Of a stretch of DNA of 64,000 bases, positions 38,319 through 47,079 are shown one piece after another (within the stretch, counting starts at the first letter, position 1; each line of letters begins with the position of its first letter). The translations under genes were made by a program, and so were the position numbers. This stretch comes from an uncultured virus (IMG/VR IMGVR_UViG_3300032116_013561) (lineage: Duplodnaviria; Heunggongvirae; Uroviricota; Caudoviricetes), in the IMG/VR virus record IMGVR_UViG_3300032116_013561; one strand, given 5' to 3'. Under the pieces are notes generated by a model that searched no databases, was not told the origin of the DNA, and was given only the letters and a program-made list of their open reading frames with translations.

Positions 38319-39515
38319 TTAATTACCTTTTGTTGGAAATCTAGTCCATCCATTAACCCATATTGGTTTATCTAATTCAGGTATTACCACATCTATTTCC
38401 TTATTACCTTTACCTAATGCTAAAGTTTTAAGTTGTTCATTTGTTAAAATTGTGGTTGCTCTACTGATAAAGTTTAGGGTAGGATTAAATGTTCCTACTG
38501 AATTGTTTTCAAATACAGAAACACCATCTTTTACGAATTGTGCTGTTTCATTACTTTCTAAACTCAATCCACCTTTCATCCATCCCCAAATTACACTATT
38601 CTTCATTGTGAATTGAGTCCCTCTCCTAAATCTTAAACCTAAGTTATGGTTTGCTAATGCAGTTGAGGTATTAGGTCCAACTAAAATCATATTGAATAGT
38701 TTTGGATGTGTATATGGAGTTGCGGTTGAACCTGTTCCATCGTTATCACACTCAATACCATTTCCAGCATCTCCGTTATCTACAAATTGTGGGTCTCTCT
38801 TTGCCACACCATTTGTAATAGTTCCAGTATATCCAAAATCAAAGTCAAAATCATCATCTGCGGTTGCGAATGCATATAAGTTTTTAGCATTTACAGTTCC
38901 ACCAAAAAATTCAAATGCATCATCGTTAGCGTAAATAGTTTGAACATTCTCAATGATTGTTCCACTACCAACACCACCCAATGTTAGTGCGTTAATTTCG
39001 GAGTTTGGCATTGCTGCGATTCCAGCGTATTCAATTCTTACATATTTTAGAACACCACTATTATCAGCAGGTAGTGTACCACCATAAGGTCTACCAATAC
39101 CACCTTCAATAGTTGGTTCTGATGTTCTATTAGTTGGAGCTATACCCAATATTACAATACCACCCCAATCACCAGGTGCTTTCTCACCATCTGGTTTTCC
39201 TGATGTAAATACGATTGGCTTTTGTGCAGTTCCTTCCGCAATTATTTGTGCACCTCTTTCGATACACAATGCACCCTTTTCAGCAACATCAGATACAATC
39301 TTTGTACCCGGTTGAATTCTTAATTGTGAACCATTTGTGATATAAACATATCCTTTTAATATCCACACTTTATCTGCGGTTAGTGTGATAGTTTCTTTGT
39401 ATGTTCCACTTAATGTTGTTGAAAGGGGAACATTTACAGGCGGTTCATATCCACCTAAATTTTTTTCGCAACTGAATAATCCTAAGATTAAAATAAGTCC
39501 TAATAATTTTCTCAT
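38319..39515 (-). CDS. Beta-helix lipoprotein, partner of the TonB-dependent receptor
   Basis: Lipobox LFS|C; IQPGT, AEGTAQKPIVFTS, PGDWGGIVILG, DNSGVLKYVRIEYAG, DDAFEFFGG, DDDFDFDFGY; ATGA-coupled to the receptor gene. Confidence 0.75.
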   Translation of the reverse strand: MRKLLGLILILGLFSCEKNLGGYEPPVNVPLSTTLSGTYKETITLTADKVWILKGYVYITNGSQLRIQPGTKIVSDVAEKGALCIERGAQIIAEGTAQKPIVFTSGKPDGEKAPGDWGGIVILGIAPTNRTSEPTIEGGIGRPYGGTLPADNSGVLKYVRIEYAGIAAMPNSEINALTLGGVGSGTIIENVQTIYANDDAFEFFGGTVNAKNLYAFATADDDFDFDFGYTGTITNGVAKRDPQFVDNGDAGNGIECDNDGTGSTATPYTHPKLFNMILVGPNTSTALANHNLGLRFRRGTQFTMKNSVIWGWMKGGLSLESNETAQFVKDGVSVFENNSVGTFNPTLNFISRATTILTNEQLKTLALGKGNKEIDVVIPELDKPIWVNGWTRFPTKGN

Positions 39516-41764
39516 AGTGTTAAATTTAATGTTAATGAAATTGTTTGTTCGTTGTTTGTTTTTATCAAATTTCGTTTTGTTTGTAACTTTTGATAATAAA
39601 CCGATGGTTGTGCAAGTATATCTGCTACCGCAAATTTAAGTTCTCCTTTTTTTAATTTATGTAGAAACACAATATCTATTACATCTCTAGCGTTTTCAAA
39701 AATATCAGAGTAACCTTGGAAACCAACTGCTGATATTCTATCTCCAACTCTATTATATGAAATATTTAATGTTTCATTTTTCTTATGTATGTTTATACCA
39801 GAATTAATAACATAGTTTGATTGTCCTTGCAATTGTCTTCTAATTCCATTTGCATTTACTTGCGAATTCATTACCGAAGTGTTTGTATAAAAATCAAACC
39901 AACCATTTATCTTTTTTCTGATTTCCAATTCTACACCATATATTGTTGCTTGTTTTGGATTTGTGTAAGTTAAAAGAAGATTGGAAGGAACTGAACCATC
40001 CGCTACTATTTGTTCAATTGGATTTACAAAGTTTTTACCAAACGCAGAAATGAATATACTTTCTTTATTTGATGGATAGTATTCCCATTTAAGGTCTACA
40101 TTATAGATGTCAGATTTTTTAAGATTTGAATTACCCAATAATTGTGCGTTTCTTACAAAATCATAATAAGCAAAATTAGCCACTTCTCTAAATTCAGGTC
40201 TTGCTAATGTTTTACTCATTGAAAATCTATACTTACTTTTTTCTTCGTTGTATGAAAGATTTAATGAAGGTAACAAATCCAAATACTCTCTATCTACATT
40301 TATTTGTATTCCGCTAAAATCAGATGTATTAACTCTAAAGATATTATATTCAGTTCTCAATCCACTATTCAATTTCCATTTACCCCACTCACCATCATAC
40401 ATTACATAACCATTACCTAAATCAAAATCTGCGGTGTATCTATCGGTGTTGTTTGTTATTTCATCCAACATATCAACTGCGGTATATCTAAAAACTCTTG
40501 CGTTAAATCCTCTAATCTTTTTTAGATAACCACCACCAACTTTTATCTTACCAAAATCTTTGTTAATGTTACCATTCATTCCGTTCTCATCCATAATTGA
40601 CCAGAAACGATATGTGTCTCTCCATGCGGTTGCATATGGTTCGTTTACACCCAATGATTTTGTAATTGGATTAACTCTATAATCAGGTTGTTCTCTAAAA
40701 ATAAAATTATATCCTACATTAAAATCCCATGTCTTAATCTTACCGTCTAATTGTGAATTAAGAACAAAGTTGCGGATATGATTAGAAGAATTACTTAATA
40801 CATTCTGAACATTATCATAGTTCTCACCAACTCTATTCATATACGAGTCATCAGTTTGATAACTTACTAATGTTTTCCAACTATATCGGTTTTCACCCAA
40901 ATAAGTTAAGTTAAGTAATCCATTTGCTTGAAATCTTTTTGAGTAAAGTGTATCTTTGTAATCGTATGCCAATTCAGTTGAAGATTGATAATCAGTTCTT
41001 TCAATATAGTTTAGATTGAATGAGTTTCGTATTGTAGAACTAAGTAAAGCATTAAACTTACCCTTCTTATATCCAAATGAAAGTGCTCCATTTGTATTAA
41101 GTGGAGATGTAAACCCTTCGGTTGTTGGTGAACCTATTAACTTTGTAAATGCTCTCCTTTCAATGTTTGGGCTTATTCGGAAACGATAAGTGGATGGGAA
41201 TGTGGAAGGAAATTCAGTAGCTTGAACTAACTTAAAATCTTTAAGAGATGAAACCGAACCCCAACCACTTCCCAATGAGATATTGAAAAAATTGTTGGAA
41301 ACTTCTTTTGTAGAAACTTGCACCAATCCACCACTCCAATCACCAGGTAGATTTGCTGAAGCTGATTTAGCTATGATTATATTATCAATTAGGGATGTAG
41401 GAATTATATCAAATGAAAATGCTCTCCTATCTGGTTCGGTTGATGGCAGTAGAGTTTTATTTAACATAGCAGAATTGTAACGGTCTGCTAATCCTCTTAC
41501 CAATACAAACTTATCGTTTTGAATAGTAACACCGCTTACTCTTTTAAGTGCATCACCAACGGTTCTATCGGGTGTTTTTTTAATAAACTCAACTGATAAT
41601 CCATCGGATACTACATTTGAATTACGAATACTTCTTACAATGGATGCTTCGGTTATCCTTTGACCGGCAGATTTTACAGTCACTTCTGAAAGGACTTTGT
41701 TAAATAATGTATCTTGCGAAAATGTTGATAAAGGTAGTAACAGAAATAAAAGAAACGCTCTCAT
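39512..41764 (-). CDS. TonB-dependent outer-membrane receptor (750 aa)
   Basis: Signal peptide TFS|Q; TonB-box-like LSEVTVK; plug PDRTVGDALKRVSGVTI...VRGLADRYN...FDIIPTSLIDNIII; barrel motifs GLRTEY, LLPSLNLSY, TLARPEFRE, GNSNLK, NVDLKWEYYP, GVELEIRK. Confidence 0.92.
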   Translation of the reverse strand: MRAFLLFLLLPLSTFSQDTLFNKVLSEVTVKSAGQRITEASIVRSIRNSNVVSDGLSVEFIKKTPDRTVGDALKRVSGVTIQNDKFVLVRGLADRYNSAMLNKTLLPSTEPDRRAFSFDIIPTSLIDNIIIAKSASANLPGDWSGGLVQVSTKEVSNNFFNISLGSGWGSVSSLKDFKLVQATEFPSTFPSTYRFRISPNIERRAFTKLIGSPTTEGFTSPLNTNGALSFGYKKGKFNALLSSTIRNSFNLNYIERTDYQSSTELAYDYKDTLYSKRFQANGLLNLTYLGENRYSWKTLVSYQTDDSYMNRVGENYDNVQNVLSNSSNHIRNFVLNSQLDGKIKTWDFNVGYNFIFREQPDYRVNPITKSLGVNEPYATAWRDTYRFWSIMDENGMNGNINKDFGKIKVGGGYLKKIRGFNARVFRYTAVDMLDEITNNTDRYTADFDLGNGYVMYDGEWGKWKLNSGLRTEYNIFRVNTSDFSGIQINVDREYLDLLPSLNLSYNEEKSKYRFSMSKTLARPEFREVANFAYYDFVRNAQLLGNSNLKKSDIYNVDLKWEYYPSNKESIFISAFGKNFVNPIEQIVADGSVPSNLLLTYTNPKQATIYGVELEIRKKINGWFDFYTNTSVMNSQVNANGIRRQLQGQSNYVINSGINIHKKNETLNISYNRVGDRISAVGFQGYSDIFENARDVIDIVFLHKLKKGELKFAVADILAQPSVYYQKLQTKRNLIKTNNEQTISLTLNLTL

Positions 41765-41837
41765 AAAGTTATTTTAGGTTAGTTCCCCAATAACTATGAA
41801 AGCGTTTCTCTAAATTGGTTATTTTAATATTAAGAAA

Positions 41838-42329
41838 TTATGAAGAAATTCCACATAATGTTAGGAACTCCTTTGCATTGTGTATTACATCTTCTGATTT
41901 GAACTTTCTTAACATAGCATCTGCTATTTCCTTTCTATTGTTCATATCATCTACCATACGAATAATTTCAGCAACACCCACAACCATATCTCTATCGTTT
42001 TCGTGTCCCTGTCCTACTTCTATTTCTTTGATATTCTCTTTCTGATTCCAAAAATCCATACCACCCTTAACTACTTTTTGTATTGTTTTAAGAGCTGGGT
42101 TGTTTGGTTTTAATACTTTTTTACTTAATGTTTCTAACTCATTAAATTTTTTAATATAAAAATCTGATTTTTGTGGAGTATATGTGTATTGTGTTCCTGA
42201 AGGAATTAAATCCAATATTATTTGTTTTAACTTTTTATCATTAACTTCATAGTATAGATTCTTAAGGTCAGATACTAAATATCTGATATGAGAGTAGTTT
42301 TCTTTTAGTATATTACTTAACTTTATCAT
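41838..42329 (-). CDS. Putative internal head protein (MIKLSNILKE leader)
   Basis: Shared leader; second internal NIKE motif. Confidence 0.55.
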   Translation of the reverse strand: MIKLSNILKENYSHIRYLVSDLKNLYYEVNDKKLKQIILDLIPSGTQYTYTPQKSDFYIKKFNELETLSKKVLKPNNPALKTIQKVVKGGMDFWNQKENIKEIEVGQGHENDRDMVVGVAEIIRMVDDMNNRKEIADAMLRKFKSEDVIHNAKEFLTLCGISS

Positions 42330-42435
42330 TCTCTAATCTTTTTAATACTTCTAAATTTTGTTTAATTAACTTCATTTTTTTCAAACCGCTTCTCCTACTT
42401 CTCATAGGTACTGGTTTTGGTTTTGCTTTTGCCAT
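42313..42435 (-). CDS. Small basic protein (40 aa, missing from ORF track)
   Basis: MAKAKPKPVPMRSRRSGLKKMKLIKQNLEVLKRLENDKVK; starts 3 nt after the upstream stop and fills the gap. Confidence 0.5.
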   Translation of the reverse strand: MAKAKPKPVPMRSRRSGLKKMKLIKQNLEVLKRLENDKVK

Positions 42436-42438
42436 ATC

Positions 42439-42681
42439 TTAACGTTTTACAGTGTTTCCAAATTCTTGTGAGAAATCGGTATCTTGCGATAAATTTAAGA
42501 CCTGAACTCTACACTTTTTACATCCATGCTTTTGTGTTAATATATCTATTACTTTTTTAGCTTCACCACTTGATTTAGCTTTTGTGTATAAAATTTCCTC
42601 ATCTCTTTTACCAGGAGGAATACCCCAAACAATATATTCGGTTTTGGTTGATTCTGATAATATAGTTTTTAAGCTAATCAT
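42439..42681 (-). CDS. Putative internal head protein (MISLKTILSE leader)
   Basis: Shared leader; TAATG-coupled to the CsgG-like gene. Confidence 0.55.
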   Translation of the reverse strand: MISLKTILSESTKTEYIVWGIPPGKRDEEILYTKAKSSGEAKKVIDILTQKHGCKKCRVQVLNLSQDTDFSQEFGNTVKR

Positions 42682-43409
42682 TATTTTTCAAATACACCCT
42701 TTTTAATCATCTTGTCCAAAATGTTTGCACAAGCTATATCCAATGCTTTCTTAGTTGAAATACTAATTGTAGATTGGTTGAATTTAATTGGGTCCACAGT
42801 TGCATCAGAAAGTAAAGTAAGTTCTCTATTTGTTTTAGCTTCACCCAAACCAGATGCTGCGATGATTGAACCATTCTCAGCATTTGTAAATCTAACCTGT
42901 AAACCTAAACGAGTTACTAAGTTATCTTTGATACCATCTTTTAAGTTAATAGTTTCATCTTCTGATACTGAATAATCATATACTTCAATCTCTACAAAGT
43001 AATGTGCCAATTTAATCTTTCCTCTACCTTCAATTTTGTTTTCGGAAATACCAGCGTTTGATGCTTTGAATTGTTGCACCATTCTATTTTTAATTTCAGT
43101 CTTATCTTCGGTAAATTCAAAACGATTAAGGTTATCCAAATATTCTAATACGATATTTGCAACACCCAATCCTACTCTCTTTTCTTTTAATTCAGGGTAC
43201 ATTTCGTACACTTCTTCACCAATACCACATTTAAGGATTTGGATATTTTTCTTTGGACCTTCATAATCCAAATATGCAGATATATCTTTTTTCTTTTCAA
43301 AATCTGCTTTGAAATCTTCAGTTTTAGTTTTTCCTATTGTTTGAGCATGTAGGACACCCACACCACTCGTAATCAACAATATACTTAATAATACGAATAA
43401 TTTTTTCAT
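42681..43409 (-). CDS. CsgG/HfaB-family envelope protein
   Basis: Signal peptide LHA|Q; GLGVANIVLEYLDNLNRFEFTE, GKIKLAHYFVEIEVYDYS, RLGLQVRFTNAENGSIIAAS. Confidence 0.75.
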   Translation of the reverse strand: MKKLFVLLSILLITSGVGVLHAQTIGKTKTEDFKADFEKKKDISAYLDYEGPKKNIQILKCGIGEEVYEMYPELKEKRVGLGVANIVLEYLDNLNRFEFTEDKTEIKNRMVQQFKASNAGISENKIEGRGKIKLAHYFVEIEVYDYSVSEDETINLKDGIKDNLVTRLGLQVRFTNAENGSIIAASGLGEAKTNRELTLLSDATVDPIKFNQSTISISTKKALDIACANILDKMIKKGVFEK

Positions 43410-43424
43410 ACATAGATAATTTCT

Positions 43425-43462
43425 TATAAATATAAAAAAAGGGAGAAACGATGTTCTCCCTT
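43425..43462 (-). repeat. Terminator plus late-promoter cassette, copy 2 (direct repeat with 44882-44918)
   Basis: + strand TATAAATAT-A7-GGGAGAAACGATGTTCTCCCTT. Confidence 0.85.
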
Positions 43463-43469
43463 AATTTAT

Positions 43470-43946
43470 TTACTTTACATTTGGGTCTTCAAGATTTTTG
43501 ATATATTCATCAATCAATCTACTTACAGCTTCGGGCTTTTCATCAGCCTTAAACTTAACCTTTATTTTAGCCATACCAGCTTCAGTTGGATTGTAACCTG
43601 AATCAACTTCAATACCTTTGATATTGTGTTCGTATCCTTTTTTCTTAAATAAACCTAATAGAGATTTTTTAAGACTGGATACTTCTTTTTCTTCGTCACC
43701 AAATATAAGTCTACAAGTAAACTCAATATCTAGCTCATCCAATCCAATAGATGAATGGTCCGCCAAAATATAAAGAGGTACAACCAAATCCTTACCACCT
43801 ATATTAAAGGTAGTGGTTTTGGGTGTACCATCTTCATTGAAATAGTTTCGGATAGCATTAATATGCTGTCTTTCACTTATACCTTGAGAAACCATGGCGG
43901 CCTCTAAGAGACCGCCAACAAGTTCCTCTACATTTAATCTTGCCAT
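43470..43946 (-). CDS. DUF2589-like protein (short form)
   Basis: LNVEELVGGLLEAA...YFNEDGTPK...VPLYILADHSSIGLDELDIEF...PEAVSRLID. Confidence 0.75.
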   Translation of the reverse strand: MARLNVEELVGGLLEAAMVSQGISERQHINAIRNYFNEDGTPKTTTFNIGGKDLVVPLYILADHSSIGLDELDIEFTCRLIFGDEEKEVSSLKKSLLGLFKKKGYEHNIKGIEVDSGYNPTEAGMAKIKVKFKADEKPEAVSRLIDEYIKNLEDPNVK

Positions 43947-43974
43947 AATATAACCTTTATTTTATTTTTATCTA

Positions 43975-44589
43975 TTACTTCTTACCACCACCAGTTGCTG
44001 GGTCTTCAGTAAGTGGAATTAAAGATGGTTCTAACATTTGAGTTAGGTAATCTGATAATTTCAACATACCTTCAGTTGCTGGTAATTGTTCAGCGTGTAC
44101 TTTTACATTGTATTTAGCTGAGTTGTCAGTGCTTCTAGTGTTCTCTTTGTTTGTAGCTACTTTACCAGAAATTTTTGCATTCCAGCTCATACCCCAAAAT
44201 CTACCACCAGCTGATACTTCAACACTGCTTTCAGTTTTTACATCACTTTTTTCTGTCTCTGAAGTTTTTACTTCCATAGCAAATTCAATATCTGCTGAAG
44301 TAATTGCTAATGAAGGAAGTGGTACTAATGGTAACATAGGAACTTTACTATAAATTTTTTGTAGTTTTTGTTCACCTGTTGCACCATCGGTTACAACTCT
44401 GTTCATTTCAACATCTAAAGCACGTGCTTTAGTTTTTTTAGTTTTCTCGTCCGTTACGAATGCTACTTCAGAAATATATTTCCAAGTTACTTCGTTTAAT
44501 TTTGCTTGACCTTTTGCCATACCAACAATAGGTGAAACAATCAAATCTTCAATAGGAAGACCTGCGAATTGGTCTGCGATACCTGCCAT
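43975..44589 (-). CDS. DUF2589-like protein (long form)
   Basis: QFAGLPIEDLIVSPIVGMAKGQAKL...VPMLPLVPLPSLAITSADIEFAMEVK...TRSTDNSAKYNVKVHAEQ...EGM. Confidence 0.8.
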   Translation of the reverse strand: MAGIADQFAGLPIEDLIVSPIVGMAKGQAKLNEVTWKYISEVAFVTDEKTKKTKARALDVEMNRVVTDGATGEQKLQKIYSKVPMLPLVPLPSLAITSADIEFAMEVKTSETEKSDVKTESSVEVSAGGRFWGMSWNAKISGKVATNKENTRSTDNSAKYNVKVHAEQLPATEGMLKLSDYLTQMLEPSLIPLTEDPATGGGKK

Positions 44590-44663
44590 AAATTTAAGTT
44601 TTTATAATTAATTTTTGTAACTTGTTTGAACATAAATATCCCAAAAAGTATAAAACACCCCAA

Positions 44664-44867
44664 TTATCCAAATTTTACTACTCCTTGGTACTCTTTTTTG
44701 ATTTTTTCTATTTCAACAAGTGCTTCCTTATATTTTTCCTTTATTTCATCATTAACTGTAAAATCCAAAACTGTCTCACAATGTGGACAGGCTGAAACTG
44801 GATGTTTGAATATAAATTCTAAAGTTAATCCCAAAGGTTGTTTGCAAGCGGGACAAGGTAGTGCCAT
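44664..44867 (-). CDS. Small zinc-ribbon protein
   Basis: CPAC...CPHC followed by a helical tail; own ATATTTAT motif. Confidence 0.7.
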   Translation of the reverse strand: MALPCPACKQPLGLTLEFIFKHPVSACPHCETVLDFTVNDEIKEKYKEALVEIEKIKKEYQGVVKFG

Positions 44868-44881
44868 AACATTTTATTTAG

Positions 44882-44918
44882 TATAAATATAAAAAAGGGA
44901 GAAACTATGTTCTCCCTT
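44882..44918 (-). repeat. Terminator plus late-promoter cassette, copy 3 (direct repeat with 43425-43462)
   Basis: + strand TATAAATAT-A6-GGGAGAAACTATGTTCTCCCTT. Confidence 0.85.
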
Positions 44919-44922
44919 TATA

Positions 44923-45183
44923 TTATCCTAATTCTTCTTCTTCAACTTTCTTTCCCTTCTTAGCGTTGATGAATTTATCAACTGAAGCGATACCGAATGC
45001 TCCCAATGTGATTACCATAAATCCATCAAATACAAATTCGTGGATTGGCATTTCTTTACCCATTACACCAGTGATAATATCAACTGAAAGAGTAATAACC
45101 ATCATTATGAATGCACCGAAACCTACTACTGATTTTTCATTGATGTGATTGTCATCGCTGAATAGTTCTTTTAACCATCCCAT
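44923..45183 (-). CDS. Small two-TM holin-like membrane protein
   Basis: Two hydrophobic segments and a charged C-terminal tail. Confidence 0.5.
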   Translation of the reverse strand: MGWLKELFSDDNHINEKSVVGFGAFIMMVITLSVDIITGVMGKEMPIHEFVFDGFMVITLGAFGIASVDKFINAKKGKKVEEEELG

Positions 45184-45232
45184 AGTTTACTTATTTAGTT
45201 TATTAATGTAACCTATGCGTAACTGATTTATA

Positions 45233-45904
45233 TTACCCTGCTTGTTCAGCATCTTCGTCTTTTATCTTTCCACATTTCAAACATTCTTCATCACCATCAC
45301 CATCTTTATCACCCCAAATGTGTTCACACTGTCTATGTGCGAAATAAACATCAATCTTACCATCACCATCAAAGTCAATACCATCCATTACACCATCACC
45401 ATCTTCATCAACTTCTACACCAGTTCTACCTGCTTTTGGAGTTGGAGCGGTTACAGCGTCTGTAATTTGTGATTCAACTTTTTCTTCTTTTGGTTTGTTA
45501 GCTTCTATTAGATTGATTTCATGTGCATGATTTGCAGCTTGGACAAATGCATCTGGAATAAGTGGAGTTGTAGGTTTGTTACTTTCCTTCATATCGTTTG
45601 TATGTGAAAGTGAAGTTCCATCTTCCTCATCCATTTTCTGAACTAACATCTTATCTTTATCGGTATCACTAAACCAGTAATCTATGATTTTACCATAACT
45701 ACCAATGAAAGCACCTAATAATAATAAAAGAAGTTCTTTCCATTCACCTGCAATTTCGGATTTCATAAATATAGCCCCGAACATTCCTGCCATTATAAAC
45801 ATAAACCCACCTAATACCAATGCGGTAATCCACCATCTTCTTTTCATCATTGAATTAAGAAGGTCCTTAAAGCCGCTTGGTGGTTGTTGATTATTCTCTG
45901 CCAT
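45233..45904 (-). CDS. Two-TM holin-like protein with DxDGDG calcium-binding loops and a Cys/His motif
   Basis: TMs WWITALVLGG and LLLLLGAFIGSYGKIIDYWFS; DEDGDG, DFDGDG, DKDGDG; CEH...CLKC. Start refined to MAENNQQ. Confidence 0.55.
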   Translation of the reverse strand: MAENNQQPPSGFKDLLNSMMKRRWWITALVLGGFMFIMAGMFGAIFMKSEIAGEWKELLLLLLGAFIGSYGKIIDYWFSDTDKDKMLVQKMDEEDGTSLSHTNDMKESNKPTTPLIPDAFVQAANHAHEINLIEANKPKEEKVESQITDAVTAPTPKAGRTGVEVDEDGDGVMDGIDFDGDGKIDVYFAHRQCEHIWGDKDGDGDEECLKCGKIKDEDAEQAG

Positions 45905-45995
45905 TTTCTTTTCGTATTCTTTCGTTATTTGCATGATTCATAGCCCATAATAAGAAGGCTATGAAAAATAATGTAACCCCAATTTTATATCCCAT
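45891..45995 (-). CDS. Micro membrane protein (34 aa, missing from ORF track)
   Basis: MGYKIGVTLFFIAFLLWAMNHANNERIRKENGRE; starts 3 nt after the upstream stop. Confidence 0.45.
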   Translation of the reverse strand: MGYKIGVTLFFIAFLLWAMNHANNERIRKENGRE

Positions 45996-45998
45996 ATA

Positions 45999-46316
45999 TT
46001 ACCACTCAGCTGGTTTCTCTTTGAACTCATCACCATCTTTCTTTTTAGGTGCTGGAGCTGCAGCTGGTTTTTCTACAACTTTTTCTCTTTCAATGATTTT
46101 AGTTGTTCCACCTGCTGATTGAGATTGCTGGTTAGAATTTGTGATGTTGATTACGGGTGCTGCTGCAGGTGCAGGAGCTGCTTCATCTCCACCGCCTGTG
46201 ATTTTTGTTACACCCCAAGTACCTAAGCCCATAACCGCTGTTGTTGCAACACCGATTATTGTTTTCTTCAAACCAGACCAAGTACCATCATTTGTGCTTT
46301 CTACTTCTTCTGACAT
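45999..46316 (-). CDS. Single-TM protein with Ala/Pro-rich tail
   Basis: IIGVATTAVMGLGTWGV hydrophobic segment; AAPAP repeats. Confidence 0.6.
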   Translation of the reverse strand: MSEEVESTNDGTWSGLKKTIIGVATTAVMGLGTWGVTKITGGGDEAAPAPAAAPVINITNSNQQSQSAGGTTKIIEREKVVEKPAAAPAPKKKDGDEFKEKPAEW

Positions 46317-46343
46317 TTTGTTTTTATTTTATTGTTACAAATT

Positions 46344-46718
46344 TTATAACTTATTAAAATCGGTAATACCTAACATTTTACCATTTGCATCGTATAGAGC
46401 TATTCTATATGCTGATGCTGGAAATGCATTAGTATAAACCTTTAATATATTATCACCGGTGTTTGCGTACATTGTTTCTTTAGATACTACTCTATTTGCA
46501 ATATCAAAGATTTTAATTGTTACGTTTTGTCCAGCTTCTAACTTTACGTTAATAGCCACTTCTGAAGTTACGAATACTGATTGTAGTTTCAAACCAGAAG
46601 CCGCTGCCATTTTTAGTTCCTCATTTGGATTTACAACTGGTGGTTGTGGATAAATATCTAATTTTCTACAGCCAACAATTAATAGTGCTCCAAACAATAC
46701 TAATAATAATTTTTTCAT
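46344..46718 (-). CDS. Lipoprotein made of a T9SS type A CTD-like domain
   Basis: Lipobox IVG|CRKLD; VTIKIFDIANRVVSKE...GDNILKVYTNAFPASAYRIALYDANG. Confidence 0.65.
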   Translation of the reverse strand: MKKLLLVLFGALLIVGCRKLDIYPQPPVVNPNEELKMAAASGLKLQSVFVTSEVAINVKLEAGQNVTIKIFDIANRVVSKETMYANTGDNILKVYTNAFPASAYRIALYDANGKMLGITDFNKL

Positions 46719-46731
46719 TTTTTGTTTGTTT

Positions 46732-47079
46732 TTAATTAATTATCAGTAACGTTTTACCTACTTCAACACTATTCTGGTCCTCTAAGGTCAGATATAAATA
46801 TTTAATAGGTAGTGATTTAGTATAAAGTTTTAGTGTATTTAATCCAGTTTTTCCAATTATTCTTTCTCGGGCCACAACTTGCTGGCCAACTGAATCAAAT
46901 AAAGTAAGTGTATAGACCCCTTCGGTCTTTAGATTGAACTTGATTTGTTCACCATTTCCAATAGATGTTTCTTTAACAGAGAATATATCAGATGGAGCAG
47001 GTGGTGGGGTTGGGACTACATCTAATTTTCTACATCCCCATATTGAAATTAAAAATAATATCGTTAAAAGGTATCTCAT
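46732..47079 (-). CDS. Paralogous lipoprotein made of a T9SS CTD-like domain
   Basis: Lipobox IWG|CRKLD; YTLTLFDSVGQQVVARE...GLNTLKLYTKSLPIKYLYLTLED...KTLLIIN. Confidence 0.6.
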   Translation of the reverse strand: MRYLLTILFLISIWGCRKLDVVPTPPPAPSDIFSVKETSIGNGEQIKFNLKTEGVYTLTLFDSVGQQVVARERIIGKTGLNTLKLYTKSLPIKYLYLTLEDQNSVEVGKTLLIIN

